A stretch of DNA of 64,000 nucleotides from positions 229,859 through 293,858 of the forward strand of contig CAWCLO010000007.1 of the NCBI GenBank assembly GCA_963796455.1, written 5' to 3'. This document shows positions 50,043 through 61,040 of this stretch, piece by piece. Position 1 is the stretch's first letter. Each line of letters starts with the position of its first letter. Source of the DNA: Candidatus Sulfomarinibacteraceae bacterium. Its GTDB lineage: Bacteria > Acidobacteriota > Thermoanaerobaculia > Thermoanaerobaculales > Sulfomarinibacteraceae. Below the pieces are notes generated by a model. It made no database searches, was not told the origin of the DNA, and was given only the letters and a program-made list of their open reading frames with translations. Position numbers and translations under genes: made by a program.

Positions 50043-51705
50043 AGGGATAGGAGTTTCCTTTCGTTCAGCGCCAGCCTGGCTCGGGGTTGAGGCGCTTATT
50101 CGGGGCCCAAGATGGACTCGCATGTTCCGAGCGGTTTCCTGAAACGGCAGAAACCGGCGGTCGGGAGAGCGCGTCCCGGGGCAACGCGCTTCGAACCTCG
50201 GCCCCCCGTCCGACCGCCGCCTCGATGACCACACTCTGCACGGGCGGCCGCGGCCGTGATGGAGTCAGGAGGTGGTGGGGAGGGTCGCCGCGCCCGGCGG
50301 GCCGCGAGGGGATCGCGCCCCCGCTTTCGCGAGATGCCTCAGGATCGCGTCGACCACGTCGTGCTCGGTGATGAACGCGATCACCTTCATCTCTGAACCG
50401 CAGGACGGGCACACCAGCGGGTCGACCTCGTAGATCCGCTTGATCAGCTGTGCCCAGCTTCGCCTGAGGGCGCGGGCGGCGCGGGCCTCGGCACGAGCCG
50501 CACGGGAGGCCGGGCCGGCGCCGCGCACACAACTTCCCCATTCTCAGCCTCAGCCTTCCGGCGCTTGCCCCGCGACACGTTGGAGTACGAGAGGGTGCGG
50601 GGGGTGCATGATGACGCGAGAAACTCGGCCGGATCGAGGCCTCGGCAGCGGCGGAGGGGCGAGTCGTGGTCGGAAGGCACACACTCCCACCATGCACGCG
50701 CTCGAGGCTGACGGGGCTGCAGATTGCGTCAGACGAATCACCGCCGGCTGATCCTCGGGCTCCACCCGAACCCGGTTGTGCACCGAAAACCCGGTGTGTC
50801 GCCACGACAGTAGGAGCTCGTTCCGCTCGTCTGAGAGCAACCCCTCATCCTGCAGCAAGCGCATCACCTTGTGCCGGTAGAGCAGCTCCGCTGAGTGCTC
50901 ATCGACGACGAAGGCGACCGGGATCCATTTACCATCCTGCATCCAGCCGCCGCGCGACACGATCGCGTGCACATGTGGGTGCCAATTGGCCAGGTCGCCA
51001 GCGGTCTGGACGACCGCGACCATCCCCGGCCGCATCCCCTCGTCGCCGGTCGCCACACACATCAGCTCCATCACCGTCTCCCAGGCCGCCTGCGCGAGTC
51101 CTCCGAGGAGCGCCCGGTGGTGCAGGAAGTACGGCCGCAGCATCTTCGGCATCACGAAGACCCACTGCGCATGCCCCACCCTCTCGAGGACCTCCTCCGC
51201 CAGCAGCGCCGCCGTCGCCGCTGAACGCTTGGCCGCGCATGACGGGCACAGCTCTCGGGTCTTGCACGAGAATGCGAGCAGGTACTCCTCGGCGCAGTCG
51301 GGGCACCGGATCCGAGCGAAGCCGTTCTCTAAAAGCCCGCAGTCCAGGTACCGCCGCACTTGCTCGTCGACGAAGCCGCGCCAGAATCCGCACCGCCGCT
51401 CGAAGCGCTCCTCCCACTGCCCCCTCACCTCGTCGAAGTGGGTCTCGAAGAGCCGGTAGAGGGGAGTCGCACGCGGATTCCGGGCCCGGTAGCGGGCCGC
51501 GCAGCTTTGAGCCACAGTGACGCTCGACGTCTCCTGCAGCGTGGACGGGCTGCCTCAGCGTGACCCGAACGGCCCCTACAGTCAAGGCGACCGTCGTGCA
51601 AAGATACATTTTGTTTGTTTCAAATGTCATTTCTCGGGCAGAATTCGACGCGGCTTAACGGATCATCCTCGGGACCCGGTACGGTGAGACGGAAGGCGCC
51701 CGAAA
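50043..51705 (-). mobile_element. IS91/ISCR-like element copy 1, transposase disrupted at about 50590-50750
   Basis: Same ends as copy 2 (AGGGATAGGAGTTTCC...; ...GGAAGGCGCCCGAAA); transposase split between ORFs 50550-51515 and 50265-50528. Confidence 0.88.
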
Positions 51706-52316
51706 GTCGCGGTGTACGAGGTTATCCCTGGCTTGTTGTCGGTCGGGAGGTGAGGGTAGACTTCCCGTTCCGCACCGATGTGAGCCGCGTTGTAGCGAAC
51801 CATGAGGATGTCGATCGGGGTATCGGACATGGCCGCCACTTTGCCGTGAGTCTTGCGGTTGTGTCCCGACATGGCGAGGAAGCGAACCTTGCCCTGCTCC
51901 TTGAGCCTGGTGGCAGCATCGAGCACCCGACGTCCCGGGTAGCGGTTGAACCAGCCGAGGATGAGCACATCGGCGTGGTCCATACCGAGCTTGTTCAGAC
52001 CCCGCTCGTGAGCCTTTTCGATGAAGAGTCCGCTGTGGTCGTAAGTCTGCATGACGATGATCATCTCGTCACGGTGATTCGGTGCCAGCGAGCGTATCGC
52101 CTCGGTCATTCCCCCTCGCCGAGAAAGGCTCCAGTAAAGGTAGTTGATGCCGTACTCGTGGAAGGCCTTTTCAACCGCAGCCGCAGGCACGCCGTAACCG
52201 GAGCCGATCCCAAGCCTGCTGACCTCGAGGCCGGTGCGGCCGAGGATTGTTCGATCGCGAAACGTCTGGTTGCTCAATGCTCGCCTCCAGCCTCCGTGGC
52301 CTCTCCGCCCTGCCAA
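51706..52316 (-). pseudogene. Aldo/keto reductase, 3'-truncated by IS91 copy 1
   Basis: LGRTGLEVSRLGIG, KEQGKVRFLA.SGH, MVRYNAAH; the frame enters the IS after YTAT. Confidence 0.8.
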
Positions 52317-52517
52317 CGAAAAAACAGCTCCTCACGCAGGCTCTCCTGGGATGTGGAGTCTGGCAAAATCGCTATGCGGAAACCACGTTCCACATTGTGA
52401 CATAGCAAGGTTTCCACTGATTACCACCAAGAAACCACACCCACCACGCTGGTTCAAAAATGATGAATTTGTCAGTGGCATTCTTGTAAGAAACGGCCTA
52501 CGAAATCGACCTCTCCG

Positions 52518-53523
52518 TCAGGGCAGCGGAAGACCCGGCACCCCCACGCCGATCTTCATCACTGAAGGACCTGCCCCTCCATTCTGGAGAAAGGCGAAAT
52601 TGGTGAAGTAGATGCTCTTGCGGTTGCCTTTGCCAGTGCCGAACGCGAGGCTTGCCGGCTCGTCGAGGCCGTCGGCAGCGGTCGCCAAGACATCAATGCT
52701 GTCTCCGTCGAAAGAGATGCGAATGAGCATGTCGGAACTTGTGACGGCGTAGATGTCGCCATGGACGTCCAGAGCGATCCCGTCTGTCGGATAGAGGATG
52801 GGGTCTTCGACGACCACCTCCAGTGCCCCGGCAGTGCCATCTCTGAGCACCGGGATGCGAACGATTCGCGCCCCCTCCGTATTCGCAACCAGAACCTCCC
52901 CCTGTCGGTAGACGATTCCGTTCGCTCCGAGCGGGAGGCCCAGACCAAGCGACCCGTCGCCTTGCAGCAGGGCATCCTGAACCCAGACCTCCGCCATCCC
53001 GTGCGGCGGTATCCGCCAGACCGCCCCCATAATCAGATCGGTGACGTAAAGGTTGCCCACTTTGTCGAAGGCAAGGGCATTCGGGAATAGGATCTGATCG
53101 GTACCTGGTAACCGGTTCTGCGTAATAGCCGTCCCGGCTGATGCGCCATACGCCATGGGTTCCGGGATTGCCCGACATCAGACACGCATAGACATTACCC
53201 GGAGCGTCAACCGCGAGGCCTATGGCGCCGACCGCCGGAGGAATGATGACCGGATCCAGCGTAGCGAATACCGACTCGCTCCCGTCGGGCGCGATCTTCC
53301 GAATCTGCCCGAGGGGTGCCAGGGTGACGAAGAGGTTCCCGACCTTGTCTACGGCTATGCCCTCGGGTAACTCTCCGATCGCAGGATCGTACAGCACCAC
53401 AGTCTCCAACTGCCCGAAGGGCAGAGGCTTGGCCGTGGCCACGTCGGAGCCAAGTGAGAACAAGAGAGAAATACACAGCCCGATGAGGGGCCAGGCGGTT
53501 CGATTATTGACGACTGACATCAT
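52518..53523 (-). pseudogene. Secreted SMP-30/gluconolactonase-like beta-propeller, one frameshift near 53113
   Basis: PEGIAVDK.GNLFV, PNALAFD, ANGI, DGIALD repeats split over two frames; removing one C gives YAERLPGTDQ. Confidence 0.8.
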
Positions 53524-54031
53524 GATTCTCCTCTTTGGTTATCTCAAACCCGGATACGGTGTCCAGACAAACGTGACATCTCCTCCTTCCTCGCGGCCCA
53601 CAATTCTCGTTCGGCAAACGAGGCCAACAAATGATGTGCTAGGTACAGTAGTTTCAACATGGGTCCGACATGAATGGGTGTCAAGAGGGCATGTTTGTTA
53701 TGGGTGCCATATGGGTGCACACTGCGCATGAACTCATTCTGAAACGCCGCGGCCTTGCCTTTCGAAGCTGAAGCAATCTGCTCTCGAGGGCCTTGCGGCT
53801 GAAAACCAGGAGGCGAGGCCTTGAAATCGCGCCGCAGGCCCTCGAGCTTTTCATGGGTGCAAAAAAAAGATTTCGGGCTCTCGTTTGAAGCGGAAAACCA
53901 AAAGGAACTTACGTGAGGCCCAAGTTCCTTTAGCGGACATTCGGGGACATGGAACTTATATTCGCTAAAGGACATGCCAATCCGGAGAGCCCTTTAAGCG
54001 CTCGCCAAGAGCGATATGAATCGGGGACAGG

Positions 54032-54760
54032 ATGTTGTCAAGACTGAAATCGTTGTTCAACCGAGGGCGCCGGCATTCCGAGTTTGGGTCGCCTCTGTTC
54101 GACGACGAGATACTGAAATGCCTTCAATCGCCGGAGGATCCACACGACGTCGAGGCTTGGGATCGATACTCCGTCACACAAGCACAGTTCGGTTTTGCTC
54201 CTGGGCTATACGACATGATGATTGACGATCGTGACCTGGTTCGCGTGATGAATGAAGAAGGCATGTGCAACGTACTCTGCGCAGGGTGTGGAGTGTCCAG
54301 AGAGCCTCGAGTTCTGGCGGAAGCTGGCTTTCAAGTTGGCGCTCTGGATATCTCGCCTCGAGCAATTGACATCACCCGGGCACTCGATTTCTCGTCGGAG
54401 GTCTTCGAGGAGTTTTGTGAAACGGATATGCGGCAGGAAGGTGGTCGAATCGAGCACGTGGTCGGCGACATCTTCGACGAAGAGATCTGCCCTAGTCCCT
54501 TCGATGTCATCGTTGAACGTCGAACGGCGCAACTCTTTTCAGGTGAAGAACTTCAACGCGTCATGAGGGCGCTTACAAGTCGTCTTTCCACAAGCGGGAT
54601 CTTCGTCAGTCACTGTCATGACGGCGGTTGGAGACCGCCGGAGATGCCCAGGCACTTCACGCAAACGTGGTTTGAAGAGAACGGGTGGACCATCTGGTTC
54701 GGCGCACCCCGTAAAAAAGCCTTGGAGCGGGTAGCGTGGTTGTTTATCACCACCGGGTGA
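54032..54760 (+). CDS. Class I SAM-dependent methyltransferase
   Basis: VLCAGCG, ALDISPRAI, VGDIF, FDVIV. Confidence 0.8.
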   Translation: MLSRLKSLFNRGRRHSEFGSPLFDDEILKCLQSPEDPHDVEAWDRYSVTQAQFGFAPGLYDMMIDDRDLVRVMNEEGMCNVLCAGCGVSREPRVLAEAGFQVGALDISPRAIDITRALDFSSEVFEEFCETDMRQEGGRIEHVVGDIFDEEICPSPFDVIVERRTAQLFSGEELQRVMRALTSRLSTSGIFVSHCHDGGWRPPEMPRHFTQTWFEENGWTIWFGAPRKKALERVAWLFITTG

Positions 54761-54889
54761 CTCCACATGAGTGCCACGTTCATATCTGCTAATCTGTCGC
54801 CCGGACCTAATCTGGGTACAAATGTATAAATGTGAATGTGGCACCCTACACCGGCGTGAGAGATTGGAGATATCTCGTCCCCGTCGTCC

Positions 54890-55222
54890 GCTCACGGGTG
54901 CATTCATTCCAGCCCTAACCTTGGCCGTACCCTGCACGACTGGCGGCCAAGAAATTTTCAGCGACGGTTTTGAATCCGGCGACACAACGCGGTGGTCAAT
55001 TCAAATTCCGATTCCCGACCCCGTGGACGGCACCTACCAGCTCGCCGTGTATGACAGTTTTGCCTTCGCCTCGGGCGGGAATCTCGTAATTGCTAGTGGC
55101 AAGGTCATCGCCGTCAACGGTACCTACTTCAACTTCGAAAAGGTCGATGCCGGCGGTGCACCACAATGCGCAGTTTTTTTCCTGTGGGGGGGTGGGCTCG
55201 ACCCGACCAACGTGAAAGACTT
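54890..55222 (+). pseudogene. Fragment of a secreted protein with IFSDGFESGD motif, cut by IS91 copy 2
   Basis: Hydrophobic stretch then QEIFSDGFESGDTTRWS; the frame runs into the IS end. Confidence 0.5.
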
Positions 55223-56949
55223 AGGGATAGGAGTTTCCTTTCGTTCAGCGCCAGCCTGGCACGGGGTTGAGGCGCTTATTCGGGGCCCAAGATGGGCTCG
55301 CATGCCCCGAGCGGTCTCCGATACGGCAGAAACCGGCGTTTGGGAGAGCGCGTCCCGGCACAACGCGCTCCGAACCCCTGCTCCGCGACCGACCGCCGCC
55401 TCGATGACCACACTCTGCACGGGCGGCCGCGGCCGTGATGGAGTCAGGAGGTGGTGGGGAGGGTCGCCGCGCCCGGCGGGCCGCGAGGGGATCGCGCCCC
55501 CGCTTTCGCGAGATGCCTCAGGATCGCGTCGACCACGTCGTGCTCGGTGATGAACGCGATCACCTTCATCTCTGAACCGCAGGACGGGCACACCAGCGGG
55601 TCGACCTCGTAGATCCGCTTGATCAGCTGTGCCCAGCTTCGCCTGAGCGCGCGGGCGTTGCGGGCCTCGGCACGAGCCGCACGGGAGGCCGGGCCGGCGC
55701 CCGCACCCCCAACCTCCCCATTCTCAGCCTCAGCCTTCCGGCGCTTGCCCCGCGACACGTTGGAGTACCACCCGTAGTACCGCACCAGGTGCCGCCGCGG
55801 CTGCGGGATGTGCATGATGACGCGGGCCAAAAACTCGGCCGGATCGAAGGCCTCGGCAGCATCGCCGGCCGGCAGGGTGCGACCGTCGTGGCCTCCTTTC
55901 GCCCGATAGTGCACCACACCCTCCCCACCCCACTGCACCCGCTCGAGGCTGATCGGCGGCCGCATGATGTAGCGGGCGAGACGCTCCACCGCCGGCTGAT
56001 CCTCGGGCTCCACCCGAACCCGGTTGTGCACCGAAAACCCGGTGTGTCGCCACGACAGTAGGAGCTCGGTCCGCTCGTCTGAGAGCAACCCCTCATCCTG
56101 CAGCAAGCGCATCACCTTGTGCCGGTAGAGCAGCTCCGCTGAGTGCTCATCGACGAAGGCGACCGGGATCCACTCACCATCCTGCATCCAGCCGCCGCGC
56201 GACACGATCGCGTGCACATGTGGGTGCCAATTGGCCAGGTCGCCCGCGGTCTGGACCACGGCGACCATCCCCGGCCGCATCCCCTCGTCGCCGGCCGCCG
56301 CACACATCAGCTCCAGCACCGTCTCCCAGGCCGCCTGCGCGAGCCCTCCGAGGAGCGCCCGGTGGTGCAGGAAGTACGGCCGCAACATCTTCGGCATCAC
56401 GAACACCCACTGCGCATGCCCCACCCCCTCGAAGACCTCCTCCGCCAGCAACGCGGCCGTCGCCGCTGAACGCTTGGCCGCGCATGACGGGCACAGCTCC
56501 CGTGTCTTGCACGAGAACGCGAGCAGGTACTCCTCGGCGCAGTCGGGACACCGGATCCGAGCGAAGCCGTTCTCGAAAAGCCCACAGTCCAGGTACCGCC
56601 GCACCTGCTCATCGACGAAGCCCCGCCAGAATCCGCACCGCCGCTCGAAGCGCTCCTCCCACTGCCCCCTCACCTCATCGAAGTGGGTCTCGAAGAGCCG
56701 GTAGAGGGGAGTCGCACGCGGATTCCGGGCCCGGTAGCGGGCCGCGCAGCTTTGAGCCACAGTGACGCTCGACGTCTCCTGCAGCGTGGACAGGCTGCCT
56801 CAGCGTGACCCGAACGGCCCCTACAGTCAAGGCGACCGTCGTGCAAAGACACATTTTGTTTGTTTCAAATGTCATTTTCCGGGCAAAATTCGACGCGGCT
56901 GAACGGATCATCCTCGGGACCCGGCACGGTGAAACGGAAGGCGCCCGAA
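55223..56949 (-). mobile_element. IS91/ISCR-like element copy 2 (intact)
   Basis: oriIS-like end GGAAACTCCTATCCC downstream of the transposase; boundaries defined by identity with copy 1. Confidence 0.9.
55444..56760 (-). CDS. IS91-family HUH (rolling-circle) transposase with N-terminal zinc-binding domain
   Basis: CG...CPDC...FSCKTRELCPSC, WHPHVH (HUH), GFSVH, LARYIMR, VRYYGWYSN, C-terminal CPSCG. Confidence 0.93.
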   Translation of the reverse strand: MAQSCAARYRARNPRATPLYRLFETHFDEVRGQWEERFERRCGFWRGFVDEQVRRYLDCGLFENGFARIRCPDCAEEYLLAFSCKTRELCPSCAAKRSAATAALLAEEVFEGVGHAQWVFVMPKMLRPYFLHHRALLGGLAQAAWETVLELMCAAAGDEGMRPGMVAVVQTAGDLANWHPHVHAIVSRGGWMQDGEWIPVAFVDEHSAELLYRHKVMRLLQDEGLLSDERTELLLSWRHTGFSVHNRVRVEPEDQPAVERLARYIMRPPISLERVQWGGEGVVHYRAKGGHDGRTLPAGDAAEAFDPAEFLARVIMHIPQPRRHLVRYYGWYSNVSRGKRRKAEAENGEVGGAGAGPASRAARAEARNARALRRSWAQLIKRIYEVDPLVCPSCGSEMKVIAFITEHDVVDAILRHLAKAGARSPRGPPGAATLPTTS

Positions 56950-56992
56950 AAGAACCTCCTTCCCCTGAACAGACTCTTTAGAAATACAATTC

Positions 56993-59458
56993 TTGCAAAA
57001 CATCGCAAAAACTCTTATTTTGGAGAAGAAACGTAACAAGCGAGCAGGACGTTTCCTGCTCGGCACCCTGCCGGTGCCGGAGCATTTTCTACCGGCTGGA
57101 GGTGAGGCGAAGGGCGTGTCCGACAACCTCGGTTTCGAAAGCCTCGCGCTCTCTCCGGGTGGAAGCGTGCTCTTTACCGCCACCGAAAATGCCCTCCTCC
57201 AGGACGGTCCGACCGCCGATCTCGACACGGGAAGCCCTTCGCGGTTGCTCGTCTTCGATCTCGAACGCGGCGCTCCGATGGCCGAGTACCTGTATGTCGT
57301 CGAATCCGTTCCCGACGAACCGCAACCCGACGGCGCCTTCCGGATGAACGGTATCTCCGAGATTCTGGCGCTCGACGACCACCGTTTGCTGGTGCTCGAA
57401 CGCTCGTTCTCGGCCGGTGTGGGCAACCGCGGCCGGCTGTATCTCGTGGACCTGCAAGGCGCAACCGATATCCACGAAGTCGACTCTCTCCGAGACCACG
57501 AAGGAACAGCCCCTCGAGCGTTGACGAAAAGACTGGTCGCAGATCTCGCCGATCTCGGGGTCGACCCCGACAACCTGGAGGCGATGGCTTTCGGGCCGGT
57601 CCTTCCTGACGGCCGCCGGTTGCTGGTCATGATGGCGGACAACAACTTCCAGCCGTCGGTTCAGGACAACCAGGTGCTGGCGTTCGCGATATCGGGTGCG
57701 CCGCCGGCGAAGGTGGATGTGCCGAGCCCGACAATTGGTGAGATCCAGGGGGCGGGTCATTTTTCGCCCTACGTCGGCCGGTGCGTTGCGGGCGTCGAGG
57801 GTGTTGTCACGGCGATCCTCGGCCAGAAGAATGGGCAGGCGTTCTGGATGCAGAATATGGCGGGCGATGGGGACCCCGCGACCTCAGATGGTGTGCTGGT
57901 GACCGCGCTCGCCGGGACCGCCGAGGTCGCCGTCGGTGATGTGACTGCCGTCGACGGTCGGGTCGAGGAGCGCTCGTGGGGCCTCGAGCTCCCCGTGACC
58001 AGAATTTTCGCCTCCCGCCTCGAGATCGCCGGCTCCGATCATCCTCTGCCCGACGCCGTCGTGATCGGTGAGGGTGGCCGATGGATTCCACGTGGCGAAG
58101 TGGCGTCGCGGCGTTTGGCCGAGTTCGATCCGTCTCGCTTTGCCGCAGACGCCTTTGAATCCCTCGAGGGGATGCGGGTGCGGGTCCGGGACCCGGTGGT
58201 CGTCGGCCCGACCACTCGGCACGGCGAGATTGTCGTGGTCGGTGATGGAGGCAAAGGCTCGGCCCCCTGGACGGCGGCGGGCGGTCTCAGGCTGACCCAC
58301 TGCAATGTCCATCCGGAGAGGGTCGTGATCGACGACGCAATGGTGCGAAACCCGCCTCCGGTGGTCGCTGGGGACCATCTCGAGCGGCCGGTCGAGGGGA
58401 TCCTCCACTACACCTACGGCAGCTACAAGCTGCTCAACACTCGGCCTCTTCCGAAGGTCGTTCGAGGAGGGGGCGAGGATCGGCCGACCGAGCTGACGGG
58501 TGATGAGACTCGCCTCACGATGGCGACGTTCAACCTGGAGAATCTTTGGGCGGGCTCGCCAAGCGAGAAATTCGATCGCCTCGCGAAGGTGGTTGTCGAA
58601 GGTCTTTTCAGCCCCGACGTCCTCGCCGTCCAGGAAGTGCAGGACGACACCGGGCCCACCAACGACGGTACGGTTTCGGCGGATCTGACCCTGGGGCGCC
58701 TGGTGGATGCGATCGCAAAGGCGGGCGGCGTTCAATACCAGTGGCGGTCCGTCGACCCGGTCGACAACGCGGACGGGGGCCAACCCGGCGCCAACATCCG
58801 AACGGCCCTGTTGTTCAACCCCGTTCGGGTCGAGTTCACCGATCGTGCCGAGTGCGGTCCCGGGTCGGCCGCCGTCGCCGGCGTGGTCGTGACCTGCAGC
58901 CCCGGCCTGGTGGATCCGACGAACCAGTCCTTTGCCGCCGGCAGCAGTGGCGGCGGGGGCAGCCGCAAACCGCTGGTAGCGGAGTTTGCATTCAACGGGA
59001 GGCGTGTGGTCGTGATCAACCTGCACCTCTCTTCCAAGGGTGGCGACGACCCGATCTTCGGTCGTCGTCAACCGCCGCAGACCGGGTCGACCGCGCACCG
59101 CACCGCCCAGGCCGAGACGGTCGCGGCCTTTGTCCGACAGATTCTCGACGCCGATCCGGAGGCCGGGGTGGTCGTGCTCGGCGACTTCAACGATTTTGAA
59201 AACACGCAACCGCTCTGGGCCCTCGAGGCGGCGGGTCTCGTCGATCTGGTCCGGAACGCTCCGGCAGAAGAGCGTTACACCTTCGTGTATCTTGGAAACT
59301 CACAGGTCCTCGATCAAGTAATGGTCAGCCATTCGCTGGCTGAGGCTGCCGAGATCGACATCGTCCACGTCAACGCCGACTTCCCGGCAGCCGAACGTGC
59401 CAGCGACCACGATCCCATCGTTGTGCGCCTGGCGTTTGAAAAAGCCTCTTCGCCGTAG
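56993..59458 (+). CDS. Phytase-like esterase (partial) + OB-fold + endonuclease/exonuclease/phosphatase protein; probably 5'-truncated
   Basis: NLGFESL, LLVLERSF, DNLEAM, DNNF; TIGEIQG; TFNLENL, VQEVQD, GDFND, SDHDP; no signal peptide and an AT-rich first 50 nt. Confidence 0.8.
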   Translation: MQNIAKTLILEKKRNKRAGRFLLGTLPVPEHFLPAGGEAKGVSDNLGFESLALSPGGSVLFTATENALLQDGPTADLDTGSPSRLLVFDLERGAPMAEYLYVVESVPDEPQPDGAFRMNGISEILALDDHRLLVLERSFSAGVGNRGRLYLVDLQGATDIHEVDSLRDHEGTAPRALTKRLVADLADLGVDPDNLEAMAFGPVLPDGRRLLVMMADNNFQPSVQDNQVLAFAISGAPPAKVDVPSPTIGEIQGAGHFSPYVGRCVAGVEGVVTAILGQKNGQAFWMQNMAGDGDPATSDGVLVTALAGTAEVAVGDVTAVDGRVEERSWGLELPVTRIFASRLEIAGSDHPLPDAVVIGEGGRWIPRGEVASRRLAEFDPSRFAADAFESLEGMRVRVRDPVVVGPTTRHGEIVVVGDGGKGSAPWTAAGGLRLTHCNVHPERVVIDDAMVRNPPPVVAGDHLERPVEGILHYTYGSYKLLNTRPLPKVVRGGGEDRPTELTGDETRLTMATFNLENLWAGSPSEKFDRLAKVVVEGLFSPDVLAVQEVQDDTGPTNDGTVSADLTLGRLVDAIAKAGGVQYQWRSVDPVDNADGGQPGANIRTALLFNPVRVEFTDRAECGPGSAAVAGVVVTCSPGLVDPTNQSFAAGSSGGGGSRKPLVAEFAFNGRRVVVINLHLSSKGGDDPIFGRRQPPQTGSTAHRTAQAETVAAFVRQILDADPEAGVVVLGDFNDFENTQPLWALEAAGLVDLVRNAPAEERYTFVYLGNSQVLDQVMVSHSLAEAAEIDIVHVNADFPAAERASDHDPIVVRLAFEKASSP

Positions 59459-59546
59459 GTTGACTTTCCTCACGCGCTTCCTGAGAGGAGCCCAGACACC
59501 TTTACGCAGCACCCATGAAGCCTCCCTCACAAATCGACAAGTGCGA

Positions 59547-59593
59547 AAGTGATAGAAATATCACTTGACAATGAGACTTCATTTCAGCATCCT
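59547..59593 (+). promoter_or_regulatory. Putative promoter with operator-like palindrome
   Basis: AAGTGATA-GAAA-TATCACTT overlapping TTGACA-17-CATCCT. Confidence 0.45.
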
Positions 59594-59889
59594 ATGAATA
59601 CTAGGTTTTCCAATAACAAAAATGTGTGAGAGAAAGTGGCGTTTCCAGCCTCTGACTGACGCCTGTTGGACGCGGATCTTGAACCTCCACGGAGTGACTG
59701 CCTGGGGCTTTCACTCAGGAGAGAGTTGGAAACAATGCACTTTGGTCCCATTTCACCATTCCGAATCCTGTCGGTCCTCGGTGTGACGGCTATTTTGGGT
59801 TTCAGCGCTCAAATCGGCCAACTCAAACCTGGGCGAATTCCTATGACGGCAGCGGGACTTGCGGTCGCTATGGAGGCACCCAGAATATC

Positions 59890-60881
59890 TTGCAGACTGG
59901 CGACGGCGGATTCATTTCTTGGGGAGTCATCGGCGACGCCGGGTATCCGTGTTATTCGTTCGACTATCGCCTGATCAAGGTTGATGCGTCCGGAGTTGTG
60001 GAATGGAGCAAGCTCTACCTCAAGTCCTCGTCGAGTGACGCTAAGGCAGGCGGCATGTTGGAGACGAGCGACGGCGGATACCTGCTCTCCGGCACCGTTG
60101 ATTCTGCCGGGACCGGAGACGGCGCCTGTTCCTCCAACAACGTTGGCCTGATCAAGGTCGACGCGAATGGCACCGTGCAGTGGCAGCGCAGTTACGGTCT
60201 TGGAGCGATTCTAAACCCATCCTGCAAGGACAATTTGGAGTACGGGGGCGGGCTCGCGGAGGCTGGCGACGGTGGCTATTTGGTGCTCGGTCAGCGTGAA
60301 ACCAAACCGCTTGCCAACCCCCCGGTGGGCCAGGAGTCGCAGAGCTCAGATCTTTGGCTGGTCAAGGTCGATTCAGTTGGCGACGTGCTGTGGCAGAAGA
60401 GCTATGGCGGGGCCGCGCGCGAATGGCTTCCATACCCGAACCTAATCGATGTATTCGATGGCGGAGACATCGTGATTGCCGGCCAGACGGATTCTTTCGG
60501 GCCCAATCTGGGAGCAGCACCAACGGGACCAACAGCAGCGCCGAGTTCTTCACCATCGATCTGGACAACGGCGAATACACCATGATCTGTGACGACCCAG
60601 ATGCGATTCCCGAGTGCATGCACAGTCTGCAGCTCGCTTTCGGCTCGGATGGCACGCTTTACGCGCACAGCGCCGGTACCGGCGTGTTCTACGAAGTTGA
60701 CCTGTCGACCGGATCTGGAACTCCACTGGGCACGGTCACCGGATCGGCCAGAGGATTATTCACGGACCTCGCGTCCGGTGAGCTCTGCATCCTCCGGACC
60801 GAAACCGCCTGGGGCGACGGGACAGAATTCCCGGGCAATAGCTGGGCGACGTGGTTCGAGTGCGACAACTGCGACGACTGA
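59890..60881 (+). pseudogene. Fragmented or chimeric secreted beta-propeller repeat protein(s)
   Basis: DGGY...LIKVDA.G.V.W.KSYG repeats in one frame, an unrelated C-terminus in another; no clear start. Confidence 0.6.
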
Positions 60882-60906
60882 GCCCGAGACCGAACGACGA
60901 TTAACG

Positions 60907-60935
60907 AAGGGGCGGCTTCAGCCGCCCCTTTTTTT
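60907..60935 (+). terminator. Intrinsic terminator
   Basis: AAGGGGCGGC-TTCA-GCCGCCCCTT-TTTTT. Confidence 0.88.
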
Positions 60936-61040
60936 CATCATGGGTGCCCATTAGAAGGCGCGTGTCAAGTAGGTAGTGCTTTCCCGGAGCCGGGTCCGTT
61001 GGTTTGGCACAAGCCCATGGGTGCCACATGGGTGCCACGT

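Noticed and set aside
53544..53975. 143-aa ORF
   Set aside because: No recognisable motifs; overlaps palindromes and repeat motifs, so probably non-coding
51706..55222. Integron cassette array
   Set aside because: No integron integrase and no convincing attC (RYYYAAC...GTTRRRY) sites seen
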